63,393 nucleotides of DNA from a virus (taxonomy: Duplodnaviria > Caudoviricetes), in IMG/VR virus record IMGVR_UViG_3300028197_000950, positions 1 to 63,393 of that record; one strand, 5' to 3'. The translations under genes were made by a program, and so were the position numbers. Shown here piece by piece: positions 28,570 to 37,525 of this stretch. Under the pieces are notes generated by a model. The model saw only the letters and a list, made by a program, of their open reading frames with translations, did not search any database and was not told the DNA's origin. Each line of letters opens with the position of its first letter. Position 1 is the first letter of the stretch.

Positions 28570-29721
28570 TTAATGTTTAATCCATTTAGATTTACCTCTC
28601 ATAACTTGAACTATTTCACCTAGTTTTATATTTGAAAGTCTTATTTTAGCATTTCTTAATTTAGCTGATCTTTCTCTTTGATATCTTTGAACAATGTATT
28701 CCTGGGTGTTTGCTTTAGTAGATAGTATAGAATGGTTAATGTGAGCATATAATGCATCCTCGGCCATCTTAGGCACCTTAGAATCCATATCGTAAGCTAA
28801 ACCATCTGATATATATTCTAAAACTATTATTTTACCAGCAATATCACTAGAGAAAGTAAATTTTCCTTCTCTTTCATTTATTTGAAACCAACCGTTGAAT
28901 TGAGAAGTTTGAGGCTCAAGTCCATACCTTTGACCATATGTTAGTTTCCACCAGTCACCTCTAAAAGTATTAGGGTTATTGTCATCTATTTCACCAGTTA
29001 TATTATTATCATCTGCAGAAGCCCATCTTTCTTCTGTTATCGATTGAGAAGCTAAGTTATTACCTCCAAAAGAGTTTTGAGTAGGTATACCTGTCGTATC
29101 TTGAATAGGTAATTCGTAAGGTGATGAAGTTAAATTGTTTACAGGATAAATTATATGTTGGATGCCTGAGTTATCTACCCATGAACACCTAACGTAATTA
29201 ACATAGTCTTGTGGAATTGGCACTCCTAGTCCTGCTGGCACTGTTAATTCTTGTGATTTAATACTTTTTAAAGTGTCATAACTAAATTCTTGTAAACCTC
29301 TTTTAGCATGGAATATAACATCAGATCTTTTTATTCTAGGTATTAATTTATCCATACCAACATAAGCAACCATAAAGTTATTTACTACATCTTTTAAGCT
29401 TATATATTCATAACTACCATAGTTATTTTCAATAGCAGGTGTAGTTAATTCTACATATACGTTACCTGTGTAAGTGCCTCTTAGAGTTAATGTGTTTGTT
29501 AAAGCATTAGATACATAAGAAAGATCTTGATTTTGAATATTTCCATCTACGTATATGTTATAATTAGATCCTGGAAGTATTTGATTGCCTAAGCTGTCAA
29601 AAGCGCTAACTATTGGAGTATCAAATGTACATACGAACGTAGGATCTACTGTTGAATTAAGGTCTGGAAAAGCTTGTTGACCAGCATAGTATTGAGCATT
29701 AGTTTCGTTTATTAGTCCCAT
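28570..29721 (-). CDS. Tail ring/tubular structural protein
   Basis: Conserved-looking PQDYVNYVR; position after the adaptor gene. Confidence 0.55.
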   Translation of the reverse strand: MGLINETNAQYYAGQQAFPDLNSTVDPTFVCTFDTPIVSAFDSLGNQILPGSNYNIYVDGNIQNQDLSYVSNALTNTLTLRGTYTGNVYVELTTPAIENNYGSYEYISLKDVVNNFMVAYVGMDKLIPRIKRSDVIFHAKRGLQEFSYDTLKSIKSQELTVPAGLGVPIPQDYVNYVRCSWVDNSGIQHIIYPVNNLTSSPYELPIQDTTGIPTQNSFGGNNLASQSITEERWASADDNNITGEIDDNNPNTFRGDWWKLTYGQRYGLEPQTSQFNGWFQINEREGKFTFSSDIAGKIIVLEYISDGLAYDMDSKVPKMAEDALYAHINHSILSTKANTQEYIVQRYQRERSAKLRNAKIRLSNIKLGEIVQVMRGKSKWIKH

Positions 29722-29727
29722 GTTTTA

Positions 29728-30480
29728 TTATCTTTTAGTATTTGCTTCATTAGCGGCTGAAAGCTGTGTAGCTGATTGAACTATTTGTGGATCTCTTATT
29801 ATGACTCCAGCATATTTTAGTATTTCTATTATAACATCTGTTTGTTGACTATCACTTATTTCAAAATTAACAGAACCAGTACTTGGTATAACAGGTGTTA
29901 ATGAAAAACCAGGTGTTCCATCCCAAACATAATTTCCAAGAGTAGTGTTAACCCCATATCCCCAAACAACGTCGTTAGGTTTTCTAATGTAATTAAATGT
30001 TACATCGTTATTTGTATATGTATTTGTAACTGTTGGAAATACAGTTAATTTATCTTGCTTGTATTTAGCTATAGGAAAATTTGACGTAGGAGCTGTTAAT
30101 GGTGATAATATCTGTTCAGTATATTCTCTAGCGCTTACTATTTCTATTTCTGGAGAATTAAAACCTTTATTGTAATTTACTGAACCAAATCTATGTAAGT
30201 CTATTGGTTGTGTGTAAACATTGGCTGAGTGAGAAGATGCATCGCTGTTTTTTATAAAAACTTGAAACTCTTCCATTGTATGATCCATTCTGGAAGCAAA
30301 CTCTACATTTGTTTTCGGCATACGTGTATACTGATTATAGTCTTCAAAAAACTTTTCAAATATCTCTAATTGAACTTGAGTTGCTAATTGATTAAACTCA
30401 TATGGAGTTAAATATCCTCTTTGCTCTTTATTAAGAATACTTAATACTGTTGTGTATACCGTATTTACATTTATTGCCAT
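29728..30480 (-). CDS. Head-tail adaptor/ring protein
   Basis: NKEQRGYLTPYEFN...YIRKP pattern; position after the capsid module. Confidence 0.55.
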   Translation of the reverse strand: MAINVNTVYTTVLSILNKEQRGYLTPYEFNQLATQVQLEIFEKFFEDYNQYTRMPKTNVEFASRMDHTMEEFQVFIKNSDASSHSANVYTQPIDLHRFGSVNYNKGFNSPEIEIVSAREYTEQILSPLTAPTSNFPIAKYKQDKLTVFPTVTNTYTNNDVTFNYIRKPNDVVWGYGVNTTLGNYVWDGTPGFSLTPVIPSTGSVNFEISDSQQTDVIIEILKYAGVIIRDPQIVQSATQLSAANEANTKR

Positions 30481-30499
30481 TTTAATTCTTTATTTAAAA

Positions 30500-30980
30500 A
30501 AAAGATACGTCCCTTCTAGCAGCCCGTGCTTAACGCCGGTAAATCCCTCATTCTTTTACTCATTCTTTTCCCATTTTCCTACTCAGTGTCCCAAAAATTC
30601 AATTCATTTTATATTTTAATAGCCTTTCATCAGTGTTCTTCATTTCAAATCCTTTTCAAATCCTTTTCAAATCCTTTGTTCTGTCCCTTTATTTGTCAAT
30701 TATAAATAATCAACTACACGGTACCACTAGAAGTTAGTACCCTTTTCCACATAGTAATATAACCTATCCGCAATAACTCCAGGATAAATTACAACCGTCA
30801 CTCTATCTGTTTCGATTACAACATATGGAATTTATGCATAAATTTATCATATTGCTTCTAATATCATTCAATGCGTAAGTTCTATTTCCAAATCACAACA
30901 TACCCATCGTGTGGGTATATCGCAGTTGATCCTTAATAAAACATACTAAAGAATGAAAAATTATATTATTACCATGCTTA
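30500..30980 (-). ncRNA. Candidate structured non-coding RNA (about 470 nt)
   Basis: No sense-strand ORF over about 16 codons; class B motif directly upstream; G-U-supported helices on the minus strand; purine-rich repeats; ends in a U-tract. Confidence 0.55.
30643..30675 (-). repeat. Three perfect 11-nt tandem repeats (AGGATTTGAAA on minus)
   Basis: tttcaaatcct at 30643, 30654 and 30665. Confidence 0.95.
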
Positions 30981-30988
30981 ATTATAAT

Positions 30989-31013
30989 ATTACTTGTTTA
31001 TTCTATTTATTAC
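30989..31013 (-). promoter_or_regulatory. Class B promoter motif GTAATA-N14-GTAAT
   Basis: Immediately after the stop of 31018-31800, pointing into the non-coding segment. Confidence 0.6.
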
Positions 31014-31017
31014 TTGT

Positions 31018-31800
31018 TTATTTCATTTTTTTCTCTATTGATCTAAAAACTTCTAAACCTTCATCTGTTTTAAACCAAGCAGCTAAAGCTGAGTATGGGT
31101 TTTCATCAAAAGGTACTGTCATTAGTTTTCTATCATTAGATGCCCAAGAGAATGATCTATTGTCTCCGCTAAGTTTTATAATGCTTTCTTCAACAGCTAC
31201 AATTCCAATATTTCTTAATTGTACGTTTTCATCATTAGCTAAATCTATAAATAATTCAGGGCTTTGCTTAGCAAATAGTAATATATCTCTTTTTATTTCT
31301 TTAGAACTCATACTAGTAACTGAAGATCCTAGTTCTACTCTTAATATAGCCTCTGCAAAATCAGTATCCATACTAGAAGCAGCATTCATAGCTAATAATT
31401 GAGTCTCTAAACTGTCAACTTGATCTATAGCTTGAACCGCCTTGTCATGTTCTTCAAATATAATACCTTTATGAGGGTGTTTAGCCAAGAATTCTTGTAA
31501 ATTTCTTTTTTCTTTTTTAACTGATAAAATACCAGAGTCAAAAACAATATGCTTCAATGTAACTTGACCATTTTGCTCATCTACAAATATACTGTTTTGA
31601 TTTGTTGCGTATCTTAGTTCTCTTTCATAACCTTTATCTTTATCAAACCAAACTAAAGGAAATCTTCTAGTATGTTTGCTGGGTATTGTATGAGTTAAAG
31701 GTTGGCCTTTTATTATGTAATAATTTCTATCTTTATATTCCCAAGTGTCTTTTTTAACCTCTTGCTTGGGAGCAGGAGCTTTTATTTCTTTTGTTTTCAT
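31018..31800 (-). CDS. Conserved head-module protein of unknown function
   Basis: 260-aa ORF, RELRYATNQ.SIFVDEQ, with a (TTATA)n leader. Confidence 0.6.
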   Translation of the reverse strand: MKTKEIKAPAPKQEVKKDTWEYKDRNYYIIKGQPLTHTIPSKHTRRFPLVWFDKDKGYERELRYATNQNSIFVDEQNGQVTLKHIVFDSGILSVKKEKRNLQEFLAKHPHKGIIFEEHDKAVQAIDQVDSLETQLLAMNAASSMDTDFAEAILRVELGSSVTSMSSKEIKRDILLFAKQSPELFIDLANDENVQLRNIGIVAVEESIIKLSGDNRSFSWASNDRKLMTVPFDENPYSALAAWFKTDEGLEVFRSIEKKMK

Positions 31801-31822
31801 AATATAATATAATATAATAATT

Positions 31823-31850
31823 AAAAAAGATCCTACCTAAGTAGGACCTT
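31823..31850 (-). terminator. Rho-independent terminator after the capsid and small paralog genes
   Basis: Minus strand AAGGTCCTAC-TTAG-GTAGGATC-TTTTTT. Confidence 0.8.
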
Positions 31851-31870
31851 GTATTTGTTTTAGTTACGTA

Positions 31871-32146
31871 CTAAATTGCTTCAGCAGTAGCTGAGCTAAC
31901 TAGTTGTGAAAATTCTATATCTAATGTTGAACCAGAAGATCCATTAAGAATGTTTACACCCTTAATAATAGCATTAACATCGTCTTGATTTAAAGAGACG
32001 TTATCATCTTCAAGCTTGAGCTGGTATCCACTACCATATTCTATAACAATTTCACCGCCATCATCTCTAACTGAAACAACATCTTCGGTTGAAATTAAAT
32101 TTACCGGCAACGTGTTAGAATCAAATTTATATTTTAAATATCCCAT
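31871..32146 (-). CDS. Small capsid-associated protein, paralog 2
   Basis: Similar to 32160-32426 (MGY start, DVVSV/DIVDV, I..GV/AV.IxGxSG). Confidence 0.6.
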   Translation of the reverse strand: MGYLKYKFDSNTLPVNLISTEDVVSVRDDGGEIVIEYGSGYQLKLEDDNVSLNQDDVNAIIKGVNILNGSSGSTLDIEFSQLVSSATAEAI

Positions 32147-32159
32147 AATTTATTTTTTT

Positions 32160-32426
32160 TTATATTCTTGCTGTTGAAATACTTGTTATAGGCGCACTTA
32201 ACTCATCTGGAGCAATACCTTCTCCTGAAGCTCCTTCAATTTTTAAAACAGCGTTCACTATCTTAATAGAATCTTTACTTCCAATACTTGAAAAATTAAC
32301 AGTACATTTAGTTCCAGTTGTGTAGCTAAATATAATAGTATTACCGGATTGAGTAACATCTACTATATCATCCGCAGGTAATAGATCAAAAGTTCTATCA
32401 GCCTTGAATAATTTTACATATCCCAT
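32160..32426 (-). CDS. Small capsid-associated protein, paralog 1
   Basis: Directly downstream of the major capsid gene. Confidence 0.6.
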   Translation of the reverse strand: MGYVKLFKADRTFDLLPADDIVDVTQSGNTIIFSYTTGTKCTVNFSSIGSKDSIKIVNAVLKIEGASGEGIAPDELSAPITSISTARI

Positions 32427-32451
32427 ATTTTCTTATTTTTTAAATGTTAAT

Positions 32452-32480
32452 AAAGTGGAGAGCGTTAACCCTCCACATTT
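32452..32480 (-). terminator. Hairpin after the major capsid gene (leaky terminator or stabiliser)
   Basis: GTGGAG(GG)-TTAACG-(CT)CTCCAC-TTT. Confidence 0.6.
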
Positions 32481-32489
32481 ATATAATAA

Positions 32490-33992
32490 TTAAGCTCCTT
32501 TGAATAACACGAAGTTATTAGCAGCTTGTGTAACTAAACATCTTTCAGATAAGAAATGAACTTGCATTGCATCTAAAGAAGAAGTGTAAGCTCCACCAAC
32601 GGAACCAGTAATCCAGTTTTTGAATCTTCGATCTTCAGTTTCAGAAGCTCTGTAACGTACATGTAAGAAAGGACGTCTAATGTTAGAACCTAACATTTGA
32701 TCATATACTGTTGAAGTTCCAGCAGGAACTAAAACACCATCAATCTCACTGTCCATTCCTCTTGTAGAAGCGTCATTTAAGTATTTCCAATCAGTCTTGT
32801 AGAAGTCATAAGAACCTCTTCTGAATCCTGAAAATCCAAAGTTTAATGCCATTTCTTGCTCATTATCAAATAAACCATAAGAAGCTGAAGCTGTAGAAGC
32901 AAAACCTCCACCTGCCATAGCAGCAATCATATCGTCAAAATCAAGAGATGTTGATCTTGATAAAAACAACATATTTTCTTCAATAGCACCTTGCTTATCT
33001 AAGTTCTTAAGAATTTCATCAAAATCACCCATTGCACCTGAACCAGGAGCAGCAGCACCAGCAAAGCCAGAATATACATTACCTCTTGCTTCGATAGCAG
33101 CGAATAAACCTTCAGAACCTAATAAACCTAAAGCACTTAATTTAGTAGCTGTACCATCAGCTTCTTTTGCATTTTCACCTTCAACCATTTGCATTTCAAG
33201 ATAATCTTCAAAACGTAATCTAGTTTCAGACTCAGACTTTAGATACCATAAGTATCCAGATGTTCCGTCTTCAGTAGCAACTTCAATCCACCCAATTTGA
33301 GCAGTATCAGAACCATTGATCTCGTACTTGTCTTTGATAATTACAGGTCTGTTAGAAAACTGAGTGAAAGATGGCTCAATAGAACCGTCCATACCAGGTG
33401 TTCCTTTTCTAAATTCAGCACCATAAACAAATATGTTTACATTTGGTGTTCCAGCTAAAGCGGGGTTTAAAGTATCTGTTCCGTACAGCTCAAATGTAAA
33501 ACCAGTCACTGCAGTTGCAGCTGGCGATGCAGGTATTGTATCAATAACTAAACCTTTTTGAACTATTAAACCTGTAGCCTCATCAGAGAATAAAACTGTT
33601 TGACCAACTCTAATTGCTGAAGTTGTAGCAGCAGGAGTTTGTCCAGTTAAATCAGGTGAACAACTATAAGCAGCAGCACCACCACCAGTAATACCAGCAG
33701 CTGTTAAGCCTTTATAAGCTACATGCAATCTATTTTGTTCAGACCAAATTACTTGATCAGAAGTCATAGGCATTTCAGCTCCTACCATTCTCAAGAAACC
33801 AGATAAAGTTCGGTTTCCGTATCTTTCTACTTCTGCTTCGTAAAGCTCAGGTAGATATTGTTGCGCAAAGTTAAGGCCAGTGCCGTCACCTGTTACGTCA
33901 TCATTGAAATTAAGGTAGTTAGATTCTAGAGCCATTCTCCTTTGTGAAGGAATTATTGACGCTGGAAAACTACCAGTTTGTGTAAAACTCAT
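32490..33992 (-). CDS. Major capsid protein
   Basis: 500 aa after scaffold and portal; QQYLPELYEAEVERYG, LNFGFSGFRRGSYDFYK; strongly biased codons. Confidence 0.8.
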   Translation of the reverse strand: MSFTQTGSFPASIIPSQRRMALESNYLNFNDDVTGDGTGLNFAQQYLPELYEAEVERYGNRTLSGFLRMVGAEMPMTSDQVIWSEQNRLHVAYKGLTAAGITGGGAAAYSCSPDLTGQTPAATTSAIRVGQTVLFSDEATGLIVQKGLVIDTIPASPAATAVTGFTFELYGTDTLNPALAGTPNVNIFVYGAEFRKGTPGMDGSIEPSFTQFSNRPVIIKDKYEINGSDTAQIGWIEVATEDGTSGYLWYLKSESETRLRFEDYLEMQMVEGENAKEADGTATKLSALGLLGSEGLFAAIEARGNVYSGFAGAAAPGSGAMGDFDEILKNLDKQGAIEENMLFLSRSTSLDFDDMIAAMAGGGFASTASASYGLFDNEQEMALNFGFSGFRRGSYDFYKTDWKYLNDASTRGMDSEIDGVLVPAGTSTVYDQMLGSNIRRPFLHVRYRASETEDRRFKNWITGSVGGAYTSSLDAMQVHFLSERCLVTQAANNFVLFKGA

Positions 33993-34002
33993 TTTTTAGT
34001 TT

Positions 34003-35097
34003 TTAGTTTTTATTTTTGTTTGTTTGTATTTTCAACTTAGTACTGTCTTTGCCAGAAATAGCTTTAACTTTTAACCCTCCTATATAGATTTCACCATTAC
34101 TTTTAGGTCGTGATGCGGTTTCTATATTTTTAGATTTATCAACTATATTTTTAATTCCGTCGGATTTACCTTGTTCATAAAAATGCTTAGCGATTGTATC
34201 GGCATTTCTAGCAGCGTACATAGCTTTGTGATAACCTTTATAATCAGATACAGACCCATCTTCATTTAAGAACATCTTAGTGAAGTCGGATATTTTAGAC
34301 TGATCTTTAGCTAAATTTTGAGCATTGCTGACATTATAGTTAAACTTTTTTTCCCCTACGTTAAACTCAAAACCTTTGAAATTCTCAGAGAAGTAGTCTG
34401 TACTTACGTCAATAAACTCTTGCTGTTGTTGTACTGCTTTTTCTTGTACTTTGTTGTATCTATTGAAAAAGTCCATTGCTTTTTGTTGATCTTCGGTTAC
34501 ATTGGATTTCAACTTGATCTCCTGGTAATATTTATCCTTAGTATCTTCTAAAAAGGTTTTGGCATTTGCAATTTCTTCTTTAAAAGCGAGTTTTTTCTTT
34601 TTTATATCTCGCTCTTCATCCAAATCTTCATCAATTCCAAAATTATCATCCATTATGAAAGTAATCTCTTCTTCGTTCAAATGTGGTTTAGTGCTTTTGT
34701 AATATTCTTTTAATAAAACATTTTCATCAACGCTAGAAAAATCTGTATCTAATCTAACGTAGTCTTTTACTGTACCTCCAGTTTCTTTCATAAATTCAAC
34801 TAATTTATTTAATCCTTCTGGTAGTTCTACAATTGGTTTTGTGACTTCTTTTTTTAATTCCGTCTCTTCATTATTCTCAGTAATTTCTACAACGACATCT
34901 TCAACTTTTTCAGTTTTATCTTCTTTTTGTAAATTTACTTTTGTAATTTCTTTTTCAGCTTTTTCAGCTTTTTCTGTTTTATTAAATTCTATTTTTATTG
35001 GAGTATCTTTTTTTGTTAATTTTTTAACTTGTTTTTTTACTTTAAACTCACCTTGAGTTAACTCACCTCCGGCTGTTTCTTTTATTTCTTCTGACAT
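34003..35097 (-). CDS. Capsid scaffolding protein
   Basis: Glu/Lys-rich helical protein between portal and capsid genes. Confidence 0.65.
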   Translation of the reverse strand: MSEEIKETAGGELTQGEFKVKKQVKKLTKKDTPIKIEFNKTEKAEKAEKEITKVNLQKEDKTEKVEDVVVEITENNEETELKKEVTKPIVELPEGLNKLVEFMKETGGTVKDYVRLDTDFSSVDENVLLKEYYKSTKPHLNEEEITFIMDDNFGIDEDLDEERDIKKKKLAFKEEIANAKTFLEDTKDKYYQEIKLKSNVTEDQQKAMDFFNRYNKVQEKAVQQQQEFIDVSTDYFSENFKGFEFNVGEKKFNYNVSNAQNLAKDQSKISDFTKMFLNEDGSVSDYKGYHKAMYAARNADTIAKHFYEQGKSDGIKNIVDKSKNIETASRPKSNGEIYIGGLKVKAISGKDSTKLKIQTNKNKN

Positions 35098-35119
35098 AAT
35101 ATAATATAATAATTAATAA

Positions 35120-37525
35120 TTACTCTAAAATCCCTTCTGGCATAGAGTCTTGCATTCCACCACCTTGTTTAAAATCTATAGGTGGTAAATTTAAGTTTCT
35201 TTGGTTTATCATTTCACTCTGTTGAGTTCCTTCAATTCTAGTTCTAGTATCTTTTCTATCTTCAATCATGGTTTCTTTAGCACCTAGTCTTTCTAGTTCC
35301 ATTTGCTTTAGTTGCTTATCAAACATAAATTGCATTTCCATCATCTGTTTCTTTAACTCTGCGTCTTGCTGCATCTTATTAATATCAAACTCAGATTTAC
35401 CTTTAGCAATTTGTAAAGTTGTTTCAGCTAATGCTTGTTGCTTTTGCATTTCAGCTAATGCAGCTCTTTCGCTGGATTCAGCATTTGCTTTAGCTTGAGC
35501 TTGTATGTTAGCTTGAGAAGCAGCTTGATCTTCAGCAGCTTTTTGTTTCCTCTTAATCTTTATATATTGATTAGCTAATTTTAAGTTTTTAATATCTCTT
35601 ATTTCTATAGCGTCTTCTAAGTTTATAGATTGCTGCTGCAGTGCCATTTGTATGTTTTGCTCTAACTGAGCTTTTTCTTCTTCGTCTGGAACTAGCTCTA
35701 AATATATACCAAACTCGAACATATTTAAACTATACATGTCTTCTAGCGTTCCTACATTATAAGAGCTTATACTTGATTTTAAAGCTTCTTTAGTTAAAGG
35801 GTACTCTAACATGTCAGATATTCTTAAGGCGATGTTCTCACAGGTTCTAGCTGATAAATATAAACTAGCTTGAACTATATGCTTAGTAGCTGTATTTGAA
35901 TTAGCAGCAGCTAACTTTTGGAGACCTACCAAAGAATCTTTGTTTGGCTGACTGCCATCTCTAGCTTCATTTAGACCAGTTGCATCTCTCATCATCTGTA
36001 AGTAGTATTGGTAAGTTTGTATAAGAGACTGTATTTTTGCTCCACCTGATCCTGATTGTAATTCTTGTATAGGCACTTTTCCAGGGTTGGCTCCTCCATC
36101 TTGTGTCATGGATCTACCTAATATACTACCAGTTTGGAAATACATATTAAGAGCTTCTGCAGGATTATAGTTTGTTCCATTTCCTAAGTCAACCTCTGCC
36201 AAACCATCTACATCTAAAAAAACACCATCAGGAACTGTTCTAGCTAAAACTTGTTGTAGTTTAAGATGAGTTAATTGAATCATGTCAGCAAAGCCCGTCA
36301 TTCTACTTACTAATGACTCTATACGGCCTTTATACATTTTAGGAGCACATATGTTATAATTCATATTAACCTTTACTAAATTAGAATCAGGTCTAACCAT
36401 GTTTTTAGCTAATTTCCAGCTTAACATCATCTCATGCCCTAAAACCTTTGCTCCTTGATATAGTACTTCAATAGATCTAGATACTCTATCAAATTTATCA
36501 TTTTTAGGAGGGTTAAAAGTATCAGGCTTTTCTAAAACTTTTTCTAAACCTGTGTTTGTTTCTTTTATTTTAAACACTTGGTTTTGGAAAGTCTTGTACT
36601 CAAAATAAAGTACTGCTACACTATTGTTATCTTGTCTGCCATTAAATTGATAATTATAACTAGAGTTTCCAGGATATTGCTGTATACGTTCCATTTCCTC
36701 GTCTGTTAAATCTGGAAATTCTTTTTTAAGTTCATTTAAACTTATATATTTGACCTCTCCAACATACCATATATCTTGAAAATTAGGATCATCTGTATAT
36801 GAATAGACTAAATCTGCTGGATCAACATATTTAACAGTAACTCCTTCTGATAAATTAAAAGAAGTTTTAACAGCTCCTATACCTAGCACTACTAAATCCT
36901 CAGCCATTCTTCTTCTAGTAAGTTCAAACTTATTAAAAGTTAAAGTATTATTTATAGCTTCTTCTTCAGCTATTTCTATAGACTGCTTGTAAGTAAGCTG
37001 CATATGAACGTCTAGTTCTTCTTTGTTTTGAGGTAGATCTTCAGGATTAGAAGTAGAATACATATTCATACCTGTAACTTGTTTTATTTGATCTATTAAT
37101 TTCTTAGCTTCTATATCTCTTAATATACTTTCAGCGTACTCAGTTCTTTTCTTTATAGACTCTGGATCTTGCGCGTAAGCTTTTATATCATATAGCTTAC
37201 CATCCATACCATTAACTACTATATCTACAAATTTTGGTATTATAGGTACTGGCTGCCAATCTAAGTTTAGATAAGATAAATCACCATTTATAGCTAATTC
37301 ATCTTTGTATTTTTGCACAGATTGCTCTGCTCTTGCATATAATCTTAGATTTCTAAAATTATTAAAATTTGTGTTAAACCTACCAGATACTCCAGTTCTA
37401 GTACCGCTAAACCAATCGCCTTCAATTGCTCTACCAACTTGTCTGCCGTAATCTAAGCTTTCTTTGACTTCATCAGGTACTACCTGATCAGGGAAAGAAC
37501 TGCCGTTGTTAGTATTTATTTGCAT
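35120..37525 (-). CDS. Portal protein
   Basis: 801 aa after the terminase; PIIPKFVDIVVNG, TGLNEARDG, Gln-rich coiled-coil barrel. Confidence 0.8.
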   Translation of the reverse strand: MQINTNNGSSFPDQVVPDEVKESLDYGRQVGRAIEGDWFSGTRTGVSGRFNTNFNNFRNLRLYARAEQSVQKYKDELAINGDLSYLNLDWQPVPIIPKFVDIVVNGMDGKLYDIKAYAQDPESIKKRTEYAESILRDIEAKKLIDQIKQVTGMNMYSTSNPEDLPQNKEELDVHMQLTYKQSIEIAEEEAINNTLTFNKFELTRRRMAEDLVVLGIGAVKTSFNLSEGVTVKYVDPADLVYSYTDDPNFQDIWYVGEVKYISLNELKKEFPDLTDEEMERIQQYPGNSSYNYQFNGRQDNNSVAVLYFEYKTFQNQVFKIKETNTGLEKVLEKPDTFNPPKNDKFDRVSRSIEVLYQGAKVLGHEMMLSWKLAKNMVRPDSNLVKVNMNYNICAPKMYKGRIESLVSRMTGFADMIQLTHLKLQQVLARTVPDGVFLDVDGLAEVDLGNGTNYNPAEALNMYFQTGSILGRSMTQDGGANPGKVPIQELQSGSGGAKIQSLIQTYQYYLQMMRDATGLNEARDGSQPNKDSLVGLQKLAAANSNTATKHIVQASLYLSARTCENIALRISDMLEYPLTKEALKSSISSYNVGTLEDMYSLNMFEFGIYLELVPDEEEKAQLEQNIQMALQQQSINLEDAIEIRDIKNLKLANQYIKIKRKQKAAEDQAASQANIQAQAKANAESSERAALAEMQKQQALAETTLQIAKGKSEFDINKMQQDAELKKQMMEMQFMFDKQLKQMELERLGAKETMIEDRKDTRTRIEGTQQSEMINQRNLNLPPIDFKQGGGMQDSMPEGILE

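Noticed and set aside
30787-30902. GTTGT(G/A)AT segments on minus as a degenerate CRISPR mini-array or repeat mimic
   Set aside because: Similarity does not extend beyond about 11 nt and the spacing (77 then 28 nt) is irregular.
30500-30980. Group I intron, tmRNA or RNase P RNA
   Set aside because: No interrupted gene, no recognisable P7 R/S elements, no tRNA-like termini and no GAGGAAAGUCC motif.
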